From contig OY969695.1 of NCBI GenBank assembly GCA_963701965.1, positions 2,560,001 to 2,624,000 on the forward strand: DNA of 64,000 bases, read 5' to 3'. Source of the DNA: an uncultured Gemmatimonadales bacterium. GTDB taxonomy: Bacteria > Gemmatimonadota > Gemmatimonadetes > Gemmatimonadales > Gemmatimonadaceae. Shown here piece by piece: positions 47,574-56,647 of this stretch. Every line of letters starts with the position of its first letter. The stretch's first letter is position 1. The notes under the pieces were generated by a model. The model searched no databases. It saw only the letters and a list, made by a program, of their open reading frames with translations, and was not told where the DNA came from. Made by a program: the position numbers and the translations under genes.

Positions 47574-48337
47574 AGCCCGGTCGGGGCGTCGATGAACACC
47601 CATGGGAGTCCGAACGTGGCGCCCGCGTGCTCGGCGAGCGCGCGGGGGCCGATGGTCTCAGTGGCGTAATGCCCAGCATAAATGAGCACGAGTCGCGACT
47701 CTGGCGCGTCAACGGCGCTCCAGTGCGGCCCGTCACCGACTATCAGTGTGTCTACACCGAGCTCGACCGCTTCCCGCATCGTCTCCGCCGAGGCGCCCGT
47801 CCCGGAGCAGATGGCCCACCGCTTCGTGATCCGTCCCGGCTCGAAAGCGCTCGCCCTCGCATCGCCGCCATGTTGCCGCGCGAATTCCCGGGCGGCATCG
47901 AGTATCGAGGCGGTCGGCCGCTGATCCTCCCCGCGCACACCAATCGCGATCGAGTCGAACCGGGCGAACTCGCCGGTCGGCTCGAGGCCGAGCGCGCGCG
48001 CCAGCAGCGCATTGTTGCCGAAGGTCGGATGCCGGTCGAGCGGCAGGTGCGACGCATACACCGCGACGTCGTGGGCAATGAGGGCGCGGATGCGCTCATA
48101 TCGCGGACCGACGAGCGGCTGCACGCCACCCCAAAACAGTCCGTGATGGACGATGAGGAGATTGGCCCCGGCGGCGATGGCACCGTCGATCGTGCGCTGC
48201 GACCCGTCGACCGCGGCCGCGATCGCGCGGATAGGCGCGCGATTGGCGACCTGCAGGCCGTTCACGGCGTTGGGATAGTCGGGCACTTGAGCGGTGCCCA
48301 AGATGCGATCGAGATACTCGGCGATCGCGCCGGCCAT
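47570..48337 (-). CDS. Nif3-like dinuclear metal centre protein (YbgI/DUF34)
   Basis: NGLQV, IVHHGLFW, SHLPLD.HP..GNN, AGHYATE. Alternative GTG start at 48358. Confidence 0.93.
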   Translation of the reverse strand: MAGAIAEYLDRILGTAQVPDYPNAVNGLQVANRAPIRAIAAAVDGSQRTIDGAIAAGANLLIVHHGLFWGGVQPLVGPRYERIRALIAHDVAVYASHLPLDRHPTFGNNALLARALGLEPTGEFARFDSIAIGVRGEDQRPTASILDAAREFARQHGGDARASAFEPGRITKRWAICSGTGASAETMREAVELGVDTLIVGDGPHWSAVDAPESRLVLIYAGHYATETIGPRALAEHAGATFGLPWVFIDAPTGL

Positions 48338-48366
48338 GATCTCCGCGTGCGCAGCCACGCCGGAAG

Positions 48367-49392
48367 CTACTGGGCGGTGAAGGTCCCGGCGACGAGGCGC
48401 TTCTGGACGGAGTCGACGGCGAGCAACGCCGCCGGTGGAATCCGCGACGTGAGCTGGGGGTTGAGCACGAGTCGGACGACGTTGTCCTTCGCGCCATAGG
48501 TGATGGGACGCGAGACGAAGAGCCCGTCGTGCACTTCGCGGGCGATGGACAGGAGGGCGTGGGGCAGATCGATGACGACGCTGCCGAGCGTGACGCCGGG
48601 CGCGAGACTGTTCTGGTCGGAGTTGGCGCCGATGATGAACACGTCGCGCGACTCGCGCACGGCCTGAAAGACGCCGAGTCCAGCGGCGTCTGCGTTCTGA
48701 AAGATGACGTCCGCACCTTGCCCGATCTGGGCCAGGGCCTGCTCGCGCCCGGCGCTGACATCGTCCCAATTGCCGAGATACGAGGTGAGGACTTTCACGT
48801 TCGGGTTCACGGACTTGGCGCCGGACGCGAAGGCGTCGAAGCTGGTCTTCACGGGGGGCAACTCGGTGCCGCCAATGACGCCAATGGTATTGCTCCGCGT
48901 CATCGCACCGGCAACGAGGCCGGCGAGATAGGCGCCGTCCTGAAAGGCGAAGTTGATGCCGGCGACGTTAGGAGAATTCCGGTCGCCCGACGTCACGATG
49001 AAGACGGTCTTGGGAAACTCCTCGGCGACACGGAGCGCGGCGTCCTGAAATTCGAATCCGTGCCCGATGACGAGATTGTACCCCTGCGAGGCGTACTGCC
49101 GAAAATTCTCCTCGAACTCGGCGGGCGTCTTGGTCTGGACGTTACTGATCTCGGCGCCGAGGCTGTCCCGGATGCGCTGGAGTCCTTTATAGGCGCCGCC
49201 GTTCCAGGCTTGATCGGAGATGGGACCGGGGGTCAAGAGTGCCACCCGGAAGGGGCCTTCCCGCTCCGGGCGATCCGATGGGAGGGCGTGCGAGTGGGCG
49301 TTGGGCGACTCGCCGCAGCCGACGCCGAGAAGAACCGCGCCGACTATTGCAGCGTTGGCGGCAATGCGCGCGCAGACTCCGCGCGCACTCAC
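48367..49392 (-). CDS. BMP family ABC transporter substrate-binding lipoprotein
   Basis: GVGC lipobox, DQAWNGGAYKGL, IGHGFEF, GADVIF, IGANSDQ. Confidence 0.93.
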   Translation of the reverse strand: MSARGVCARIAANAAIVGAVLLGVGCGESPNAHSHALPSDRPEREGPFRVALLTPGPISDQAWNGGAYKGLQRIRDSLGAEISNVQTKTPAEFEENFRQYASQGYNLVIGHGFEFQDAALRVAEEFPKTVFIVTSGDRNSPNVAGINFAFQDGAYLAGLVAGAMTRSNTIGVIGGTELPPVKTSFDAFASGAKSVNPNVKVLTSYLGNWDDVSAGREQALAQIGQGADVIFQNADAAGLGVFQAVRESRDVFIIGANSDQNSLAPGVTLGSVVIDLPHALLSIAREVHDGLFVSRPITYGAKDNVVRLVLNPQLTSRIPPAALLAVDSVQKRLVAGTFTAQ

Positions 49393-49826
49393 CGCACGAC
49401 GGCGACGGGGAGAGGCTTGGTGTCGGTGCGGTTGGACTTGACCGACTCGTCCATCCGGACGTTGCCGTTGATCTTGCCGCCTTCGAGCACGACGATGGAC
49501 TTGGTGTGAATGTCGCCGTTCACGCTGGACGTGCCCTGGATCTCGACGCGTTCGCCGGCAATGACGGTCCCATCGACGCGGCCGCCGATCACGACTTCCT
49601 TGGCGTGCACATCGCCTTTGACTTCTCCTTGCCGGCCGACGAGCACTTGCCGCGCGCCGCGAATGGTGCCTTCGACCGTGCCTTCGATCTTGAGTACGCC
49701 CGTGGTGTCAATGTCGCCGTGGACTTTCATCCCGAAGGCGATGATGGAGAGCGCCGCTTCATTGGAGGCGCCACCGCCCTGCTTCGTTTCACTCTTGTCG
49801 GGGGAATCTTTTGTGAACATGGCCAT
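49389..49826 (-). CDS. Bactofilin (polymer-forming cytoskeletal protein, CcmA family)
   Basis: SIIAFGMKVHGDI..LKIEGTVEGTI...VKGDVHA..VVIGGRVDG..VNGDI..GGKING. Confidence 0.93.
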   Translation of the reverse strand: MAMFTKDSPDKSETKQGGGASNEAALSIIAFGMKVHGDIDTTGVLKIEGTVEGTIRGARQVLVGRQGEVKGDVHAKEVVIGGRVDGTVIAGERVEIQGTSSVNGDIHTKSIVVLEGGKINGNVRMDESVKSNRTDTKPLPVAVVR

Positions 49827-49900
49827 GGCGAAAAATGATGGGCTGAGGGCTCGGAGGGGATCGGCTGACTGACGATCAATGCATCGGAGCGGGCACTTGG

Positions 49901-50449
49901 TCAATCCATGGGATCGGCGGGCTTCGGCGGTGGGGTCACGGCGCTGGAGTCCGAGGCCGGTGACACCACTGGAGCACTCACTGGTTCCACGGATTGGTCG
50001 ACAGCTTTTGGGGTACGCGGGGCCCGCACGACGCGATGCAATGTATCGCCAGCAGCGGGAAATGCCTCAGTCGGCGTGGCACTCGCGCCGAGCATGCGCT
50101 GGACTTGATCGTAGCGCTTTTGCAGCCCGGCGAGCGAACGCTCCAGCGTATCGAGACGGGCCGCGTCATGCTCGAGACGGGCAAGCCGATAGGTGAGCGT
50201 GGGAACGCGCGCGGCCTGGGCGGCAATGACGGCGATGATGGCGACCATGATGCCGAGCAGCACGCGTCCGACGTTGGACCGCAGAAAGAATCTGAGGAGC
50301 CGTACTTGTCTCTGGGTCAGGACGAAGGTCCGCCCTTGGAGTCCGCTCTCGCGCGCGACCTGAATGATCATCGAGCCCGCATGCGGCGTGTAGATATTAC
50401 CGTAGCCGCGCGGCGCGTCGGATTTCGGCGCGCGGGAGAGTCCGATCAT
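49901..50449 (-). CDS. Hypothetical single-TM coiled-coil protein
   Basis: Short cytoplasmic segment, TM, heptad coiled coil, Pro-rich tail. ATGA overlap with parB. Confidence 0.75.
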   Translation of the reverse strand: MIGLSRAPKSDAPRGYGNIYTPHAGSMIIQVARESGLQGRTFVLTQRQVRLLRFFLRSNVGRVLLGIMVAIIAVIAAQAARVPTLTYRLARLEHDAARLDTLERSLAGLQKRYDQVQRMLGASATPTEAFPAAGDTLHRVVRAPRTPKAVDQSVEPVSAPVVSPASDSSAVTPPPKPADPMD

Positions 50450-51399
50450 AGGCGTGCCTCGCTGCTGTCAGGTCCGAGCATCCGCTCCAACAGACGATCG
50501 AGGTCGTCGTTGGAGTAGAAGCGGATCGCAATCGTGCCGTCTTGGGGTCCGCTCAAATCGACGCGTACGTCGGTCTGAAGATACGTCCTCAGCCGATCCT
50601 CAATCCGCCGGGCGAGCGGATCTGGGGTCGACGCCTCACCGGTGGTCGCGCCCCGCCGCCGCTTGCGCTGGGCGCCAGCTCCGGAGCCCCCACCGGCCGC
50701 CACGCCGGTGGCCAACTGGACGCGCTGCTCGACGTCGCGCACGCTGAGTTTGCGCACCGCGATGATGTGGGCGAGATCTATCCGCGACCTCTCCCCCGGC
50801 AGCGCCAGCAACGCCCTCGCATGACCGGTAGAGATCGCTCCATCGCGAAGTAACAGGCGAACGCTTTCAGGCAACACCAATATGCGCAACATGTTAGCGA
50901 TTGTGGATCGATCTTTACCTACGACCTCGGCGATTTCGTTTTGGGTCAGATGGAACTCAGTCGCCAGGCGCTGATAGCCCTCGGCTTCTTCAATAGGGTT
51001 GAGATCGGCTCGCTGGAGATTCTCTACGAGGGCCAGGGTCAGGGCAGCCCGGTCGTCGATGGGCTTGACCAGGGCGGTAATCTCCGCCCACCCCAGGGCC
51101 TGCACCGCCCGAAACCTCCGCTCCCCGGCGATGAGCTCGTACCCGGGTCCGGTCGGCGACGGACGAACGGTGACGGGCTGCAAGAGTCCGTTCGCGGCAA
51201 TGCTCTCCTTCAGCTCTTTGATTTCCTGGGGATCGAACTCTTTGCGGGGCTGAAAGGGATTGGGTCTGATATCGCCGACAGGAATTTCGCGCAACGGTCC
51301 GGCGTTGACGCTCGGCGCTTCGCCGCCTGCCGGTGCAGCTGTCGCCCCGAACAGGGCCTCGAGCCCGCGACCCAGTCGCCGTGGCTTCTCGGCGCTCAT
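50446..51399 (-). CDS. parB: Chromosome partitioning protein ParB (Spo0J)
   Basis: LGRGLEAL, PNPFQPR, GLLQP, IAGERRFRA, LVENLQRADLNPIEEA, HTH, GHARAL. Confidence 0.97.
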   Translation of the reverse strand: MSAEKPRRLGRGLEALFGATAAPAGGEAPSVNAGPLREIPVGDIRPNPFQPRKEFDPQEIKELKESIAANGLLQPVTVRPSPTGPGYELIAGERRFRAVQALGWAEITALVKPIDDRAALTLALVENLQRADLNPIEEAEGYQRLATEFHLTQNEIAEVVGKDRSTIANMLRILVLPESVRLLLRDGAISTGHARALLALPGERSRIDLAHIIAVRKLSVRDVEQRVQLATGVAAGGGSGAGAQRKRRRGATTGEASTPDPLARRIEDRLRTYLQTDVRVDLSGPQDGTIAIRFYSNDDLDRLLERMLGPDSSEARL

Positions 51400-52265
51400 T
51401 GCTGCTGATCCAGCTGAGCCAATGTCTCGGCGTCCGAAAACCAATCCCCGTCCGTATCAGCAGGACTCTCAGCGACCGCCGTCGTTGCGGGTGGCTTCAC
51501 GGCATACCAGTCGAGCAGCTCTCTCGCCGCACTGATATACGACTGCGCGCCAACCGATCCCACGTCGTACTGAATGATCGGCTTGCCGAAACTCGGCGCC
51601 TCGGCGAGGCGGATGTTGCGCGGGATGACGGACTGGAGCACGCGATCGCCAAAGTGTTCCCGCGCGTCGAGCGCCACCTGGCGGGACAGATTGAGACGGG
51701 TGTCGTACATGGTCAGAAGCACGGCATCGACCTTGAGCTGGGGGTTCTCCGAACGCTGAATCAGCTGCACGGTGCGCAGCAGCTGCGACAGGCCTTCCAG
51801 GGCGTAGTACTCACACTGCAGCGGGATAAGCAGGCCATCCGCCGCCGCGAGCATGTTCAGGGTAATGAGTCCGAGCGAAGGTGGACAATCAATAAGGATG
51901 AAGTCGTAATCATCGCGTACCGCGTCGAGCGCCACGCGCATTGCCTGGACGCGGTTCGAATGGTCGACCAGCTCCACCTCAGCTCCCGCCAGATCGGGCG
52001 TAGCCGGCAAGACGTCCAGATGCTTAAACAGCACCTCTCTCAGCCGGGCCTCGATCACCGGTGTTCTGTTGACGAGCACATCGTAGATACTGAGCCCGAC
52101 CTGCTCGGTTCTCAGCCCCACGCCACTCGTCGCATTGGCCTGTGGATCACCATCCACGAGCAGCGTGCGCTGCTCGGCTACGGCTAGGCTGGCGGCCAGA
52201 TTGATGGCGGACGTTGTCTTTCCTACGCCGCCCTTTTGATTCGCGATCGCGAGCACATGCGCCAC
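51396..52265 (-). CDS. parA: Chromosome partitioning ATPase ParA (Soj)
   Basis: NQKGGVGKTT, DPQANAT, IDCPPSLG, QCEYYALEGL, IPRNIRLAEAPSFG. Confidence 0.97.
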   Translation of the reverse strand: MAHVLAIANQKGGVGKTTSAINLAASLAVAEQRTLLVDGDPQANATSGVGLRTEQVGLSIYDVLVNRTPVIEARLREVLFKHLDVLPATPDLAGAEVELVDHSNRVQAMRVALDAVRDDYDFILIDCPPSLGLITLNMLAAADGLLIPLQCEYYALEGLSQLLRTVQLIQRSENPQLKVDAVLLTMYDTRLNLSRQVALDAREHFGDRVLQSVIPRNIRLAEAPSFGKPIIQYDVGSVGAQSYISAARELLDWYAVKPPATTAVAESPADTDGDWFSDAETLAQLDQQQ

Positions 52266-52326
52266 GGCACCCTCTCCGGCAATCGAGCGTTGGGCCGATA
52301 AGATAAGCGATCAAGCGGGCATATCG

Positions 52327-52342
52327 TGTTTCACGTGAAACA
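52327..52342. promoter_or_regulatory. parS: parS centromere site (perfect)
   Basis: TGTTTCACGTGAAACA, the consensus palindrome, about 60 bp upstream of parA. Confidence 0.96.
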
Positions 52343-52374
52343 CAGTCTCGTGATCGGAAAGGACGGGACTGGTG

Positions 52375-52390
52375 TGTTTCACGTGGAAAA
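52375..52390. promoter_or_regulatory. parS: Second parS site (one mismatch to consensus)
   Basis: TGTTTCACGTGGAAAA. Confidence 0.8.
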
Positions 52391-52437
52391 TTACGTGGGC
52401 GAAATCAGGGTCTGGTGCGTCGAGACACAAACCGATT

Positions 52438-53126
52438 GCGGCGGAGCACGGCGACAATTCGTCTCCGGCGTCTCGATACAGCAGGCCGCCTGCGACGAAT
52501 TGTCGCCGCGCTCTGGTCGATCTCGTGGCAGGGAAAGCAGGGCTAGAGACTCAAGCAAAGGGACAGTGACACCTCATGATCGGGGGCGGCGTCGCCAGGC
52601 GATAATTCGTCGCCAACGTCTCGATACAGCAGGACTGCCGGCGACGAATTATCGCAGGCTCTGATCGAGCACAGTTTGTTGGATGTTACTACGCCTGGGT
52701 CGGGTTGGGAGGCAGACAACTCCGCTCGTTGGCCTCGGTCTGGGAGCGCCGGGCTCTGGCCGGGCGCTGCGGGGATTTCGCCTTGCTAGGCCTGGGAAGA
52801 ACGAAAACCACCGGCCGTCTCTCGGACACGGCAAGGGGCTGAGCCGCGCTAGCCGGGGTTCAGCTGCAATCTCATGCGACACCAGCCTGTTGTCTCGATG
52901 AGAGCCTGCCGATAATTCGTCGCCGGCAGTCCTGCTGTACCGAGACGCTGGCGACGAATTATCGCCTGGCGACGCCGCGCTCAATCAGGAAACGCGCCGC
53001 CCCGCTCGATTGAATCTCATGCCTTGCTTTCCCTCCCTCTACCTCGACCAGAGCACGGCGATAATTCGTCGCAGGCGGCCTGCTGTATCGAGACGCCGGA
53101 GACGAATTATCGCCGTGCTCCGCCGC
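52438..53126. repeat. Four ~70-85-bp palindromic elements nested as A-B-core-B'-A'
   Basis: A (52438-52520) is the near-exact reverse complement of 53045-53126. B (52588-52662) is that of 52901-52976. Each copy is itself a hairpin around GTCTCGRTACAGCAG. Confidence 0.92.
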
Positions 53127-53156
53127 TATCACTGTTCAGACGCGCTACTGTCGCTA

Positions 53157-54593
53157 TTATGCCGCTGAAACGGCAGCAGATGTCAGCATGTTCCATGTCT
53201 CAGCAACATGCCTCCGCTCCGTCCGCAAATTCCCAATCGCAAGCCGGAGAACAACTCTCCCACCAAGCTTGGTATGCGACAGATACGCCCGCCCAGAACG
53301 GTTGACTTCGTCAAGCACACGCATGTTCACCGCGTCCGCTGTCTCCGGCGCCATCCCACCCGGCTCATACCGAAAGCACACGACCGAGAGCGGCGCCGGC
53401 GCAACCAGCCGCCACTGCGGCTCCGCCCCCACCCACCCGGCAAACTCCCGCGCCAAAGCACAGTGCTCTCGCAGCCGTTCCACCAACCCACTGGCCCCAA
53501 ACGCCCTTATCACCGCCCAAAGCTTGAGCGCCCGGAACCGGCGACCAAGCTGAACACCATAGTCCATGTAGTTCACGACCTCACCGGCAACTGACGTGAC
53601 CAGATAATCCGGCACCAACGCAAACGCCCGCTCGAGCACCGCCGGATGCCGGGTGTAGAACGCCGAGCAGTCGACCGGCGTGAACAACCACTTGTGCGGG
53701 TTCATGACCAGCGAATCCGCACCATCGACGCCGTCGAGGATGTACCGCAGCTCCGGCACCATGGCCGCAACGCCACCATACGCCGCGTCGACATGCAGCC
53801 AGACATCATTCGCACGACAGATCTCCGCGATGTCCGGCACCGGATCGATACTCGTGGTGCTCGTCGTACCGACCGTCGCCACCACAGCGATCGGCAGCAT
53901 GCCCTGCGCGCGATCCGCCGCGATCGCGCGCGCCAGCGCGTCAGGTCGCATGCGATACTCGGCGTCCGCCGCCACGTGCACGACATTATCGCCGCCGAGC
54001 CCCAGCGTGATCGCCGCTTTGTCGATCGACGAGTGCGCATGCTCGGACGCATAGACGCGCAGCGTCGGCAAGTCCCGCCGCCCCGCCATGCCACGCCGCC
54101 GAATGTCCAACTCCGGATGCCGCTCCCGCGCGGCCGCGAGCGCGAGCAACGACGAGATGGACGCGGTGTCCGTGATGATCCCAAACCATCCCGCGCCGAG
54201 CCCCACCAACTGTCGCAGCCAATCCAGCGTCAGCTGCTCCAACTCGGTCGCCGCCGGACTCGTCTTCCACAGCATCCCGTTCACATTGAGCGCCGTCGCC
54301 ACCATCTCGGCAAGGATCGCCGGCGCCGACGCCGAGTTCGCGAAGTAGGCGAGAAACCCCGGGTGATTCCAGTGCGTGATCCCGGGCACCACATATCGCT
54401 CGAAGTCGGCAAAGATCGCGTCCCACGATGCCCCACCGACCGGCGGCGTCGCCGGCAACGCCTCGCGCACGTCTCCCGGCGCGACCCGCGACAACACTGG
54501 ATACTGCTCGACATCAGTGAGATATCGCGCGATCCAGTCGACGACCTCGTGGCCAGCCGCGGCGAACTCGGCCGGCGAGAGCGCGTCCTTCAC
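53157..54593 (-). CDS. PLP-dependent group II decarboxylase (aromatic-L-amino-acid decarboxylase-like)
   Basis: PGITHWNHPGFLAYF, SPAATELE, HSSIDKA, HVDAAYGG, NPHKW, GRRFRALKLW. Confidence 0.95.
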   Translation of the reverse strand: MKDALSPAEFAAAGHEVVDWIARYLTDVEQYPVLSRVAPGDVREALPATPPVGGASWDAIFADFERYVVPGITHWNHPGFLAYFANSASAPAILAEMVATALNVNGMLWKTSPAATELEQLTLDWLRQLVGLGAGWFGIITDTASISSLLALAAARERHPELDIRRRGMAGRRDLPTLRVYASEHAHSSIDKAAITLGLGGDNVVHVAADAEYRMRPDALARAIAADRAQGMLPIAVVATVGTTSTTSIDPVPDIAEICRANDVWLHVDAAYGGVAAMVPELRYILDGVDGADSLVMNPHKWLFTPVDCSAFYTRHPAVLERAFALVPDYLVTSVAGEVVNYMDYGVQLGRRFRALKLWAVIRAFGASGLVERLREHCALAREFAGWVGAEPQWRLVAPAPLSVVCFRYEPGGMAPETADAVNMRVLDEVNRSGRAYLSHTKLGGRVVLRLAIGNLRTERRHVAETWNMLTSAAVSAA

Positions 54594-54688
54594 TCGGCCA
54601 CCTCTCCACCTTCCGGCCCAGAGAAGAAGACCCACGCCGCGAAATCCAAGTGCACGTGCATCGTCGGCGTGCCGCGGACAGTCGGCAT
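54590..54688 (-). CDS. Candidate 32-aa small ORF coupled to the decarboxylase
   Basis: GGAG-N6-ATG, MPTVRGTPTMHVHLDFAAWVFFSGPEGGEVAE*, GTGA overlap with the decarboxylase start. TATCTT box upstream. Confidence 0.4.
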   Translation of the reverse strand: MPTVRGTPTMHVHLDFAAWVFFSGPEGGEVAE

Positions 54689-54737
54689 CGCGTTCTCCGT
54701 TGGGGGGGACGCAAAGATACCGGCGTGGGGCGAAACG

Positions 54738-54773
54738 CACGAAGGCCCGGGTCTGATCCCCCGGGCCTTCGTG
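54738..54773. terminator. Strong 14-bp hairpin, probable terminator
   Basis: CACGAAGGCCCGGG-TCTGATCC-CCCGGGCCTTCGTG, with only a weak U tail. Confidence 0.75.
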
Positions 54774-54774
54774 T

Positions 54775-54865
54775 TCACAGTGACCACTGGCCGGCCGCGC
54801 GTGTTCCCGGCATTCTGTGTCGCAGACCCATTCGGGTACGCCTGGCGGAGCGCGAATTTCCGCCC
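54775..54865 (-). ncRNA. Candidate structured RNA downstream of the BECR-like gene
   Basis: Hairpin GGCGGA/TCCGCC, three-way junction GGCGT[ACCC/GGGT][CTG/CAG]ATGCC, and loop TCGCGC complementary to downstream GCGCGG. Folded by eye only. Confidence 0.4.
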
Positions 54866-55279
54866 TCAGTGGCCACCATCGATTTCTCTCACCGCAAATC
54901 TAGCGTTCCGCAACATGCGTTGCAACGACCGCCCCCTCATCAAATGCAAGGTGGAGATCCAAATCTCGTCGCTTCCGCTATGGCTCTTCGCTTCGCTCAC
55001 GAACTTAAAACAGATCCTCAGCCAACACTGCGGTCGACCCAACACCCGCTCGATGATGAAGAACCGCCGCTCATCATGCAGTTCGCGTCCGCAGTAATCG
55101 GGATTGAACACTCTTCGGCGCAGAACATCGACGATCGCTCCCAACTCGTCGACCAGTCGCTGCCCGACGATGTGAGCCATCGTGCTCTCCTCGAGCATCA
55201 CCGCTCGGGTCGACGAACGGAGGCCGAGAGCCACGCACACGTGCTCGGGCAACTCGCCCACGACCTTGAACTGACGCAC
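54866..55279 (-). CDS. Hypothetical protein, possible BECR-fold (PBECR-like) ribonuclease
   Basis: 137 aa, visibly lower GC than its neighbours. Pattern HI...NPDYCG...K.V...EIWISTLH recalls PBECR domains. Recognised from memory, no search run. Confidence 0.55.
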   Translation of the reverse strand: MRQFKVVGELPEHVCVALGLRSSTRAVMLEESTMAHIVGQRLVDELGAIVDVLRRRVFNPDYCGRELHDERRFFIIERVLGRPQCWLRICFKFVSEAKSHSGSDEIWISTLHLMRGRSLQRMLRNARFAVREIDGGH

Positions 55280-55327
55280 GCCATTCGATATCGCGGCGCG
55301 TCAGCCCGGCGTCAGCTCCCACGCGAT

Positions 55328-56647
55328 CTACGTGGCGGCCGCCACCACGCCCCGGCAATCGCCGAAGCCGATGCGCGCAAAGCCCGCGCGCTCGCAGGAT
55401 GCCCGGAGCGTGATCTCGTCGTCGTCCGCCAAGAACGCCCGCGTCTCGCCCGTCGGCAGCGTCAGCGGCGCCGCGCCACGGCGCGTCAGCTCAAGCAGAC
55501 AGCCCAGCGAGTCCGGCGTCGGCCCCGAGACCGTGCCACTCGCCAGCAGATCTCCCGGACGAAGCGGACAGCCATTGCTCGCGTGATGCGTGAGCAGTTG
55601 CGCCGGTGTCCAGTACATGTCGCGAAAGTGTCCGCGACTAAGCCGGATCGCCGTGTTGCGCGCCGCCCGCATGCGCGCGCTCGTCAACCACACGTCCAGC
55701 ACCAAGTCCACGCCCCCCGCATCATGATCCGCCGGCAATGCCAGATACGGGAGCGGCGCCGGATCGCCCGCCGGCCGCACCGCCGCCGGCACCCGATACG
55801 GCGCCAACGCGTCCCGCGTCACCACCCAGGGCGACACCGTCGTCGCGAAACTCTTCGCCAGGAACGGACCGAGCGGTTGGTACTCCCAGGACTGGACGTC
55901 GCGCGCCGACCAATCGTTCACCAGGCAAAACCCGAACATGTGGTACTCCGCATCCGCCAGCGGAATCGGCGCCCCCTGCGCATTGCCCGTCCCCACGAAC
56001 AACCCCACCTCGGCCTCATAATCGAGCGACCGCGTCGGCGCGAAGACCGGCACCTCGGCTTCCGCCGTCTTGATCTGCCCCCACGGCCGCCGCACCGGCG
56101 TCCCACTCGGCACCAGCGACGACGCCCGCCCGTGGTACCCGATCGGCACGTACTTGTAGTTCGGCAGGAGCGGATTATCCGGCCGGAACATCCGCCCGAC
56201 ATTCGTCGCGTGGTGGATCGACGCGTAAAAGTCGGAGTAGTCGCCAATCGCCGCCGGCAGCCGCATCGTCACCTTCCCCTGCGACACCAAAATGCGATCC
56301 GCGGCCCCTTTCGCCCGGCGCCCCGCGCCCGTGTCGTCGCTGAGGAGCACGCTCACCTGCGCCCGCAACGACCGCCACGCCGATGGCCCCAGCGCCAGCA
56401 GCGCGTTGAGCGCCCCATCGACACACCGCTCGGCCGCCGTCTCGGCCTCGCCGGTGAAGAGCCCGACGCTCCGCGCCTCCGCGATGTCCAGAATCTCGGT
56501 CCCAATGGCGATGCCGACGCGACCCGGTCCTTGCGCATCCCGGGCGAACACGCCGAACGGCAGATTTTGGATCGGAAAATCGGTACCCGGCATGTGCGCC
56601 GAGCCCACCCAGGAACGCAGCGAGGCCCGATGCGTGTCGTCGATCAC
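55328..56647 (-). CDS. fahA: Fumarylacetoacetase
   Basis: FPIQNLPFG, DYSDFYASIHHATNVG, YHGRASS, LDYEAE, NDWSARDVQSWEYQPLGPFLAKSF, SGTVSG. Confidence 0.96.
   Translation of the reverse strand: MIDDTHRASLRSWVGSAHMPGTDFPIQNLPFGVFARDAQGPGRVGIAIGTEILDIAEARSVGLFTGEAETAAERCVDGALNALLALGPSAWRSLRAQVSVLLSDDTGAGRRAKGAADRILVSQGKVTMRLPAAIGDYSDFYASIHHATNVGRMFRPDNPLLPNYKYVPIGYHGRASSLVPSGTPVRRPWGQIKTAEAEVPVFAPTRSLDYEAEVGLFVGTGNAQGAPIPLADAEYHMFGFCLVNDWSARDVQSWEYQPLGPFLAKSFATTVSPWVVTRDALAPYRVPAAVRPAGDPAPLPYLALPADHDAGGVDLVLDVWLTSARMRAARNTAIRLSRGHFRDMYWTPAQLLTHHASNGCPLRPGDLLASGTVSGPTPDSLGCLLELTRRGAAPLTLPTGETRAFLADDDEITLRASCERAGFARIGFGDCRGVVAAAT

Noticed and set aside
52438..53126. Hairpins as integron attC sites or a retron msr/msd
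   Set aside because: No RYYYAAC/GTTRRRY ends, no cassette ORFs, and no integrase or reverse transcriptase in the window.
53189..53204. TGTTCCATGTCTCAGC as a third parS
   Set aside because: Only the left half resembles the consensus, and it lies within the decarboxylase coding sequence.
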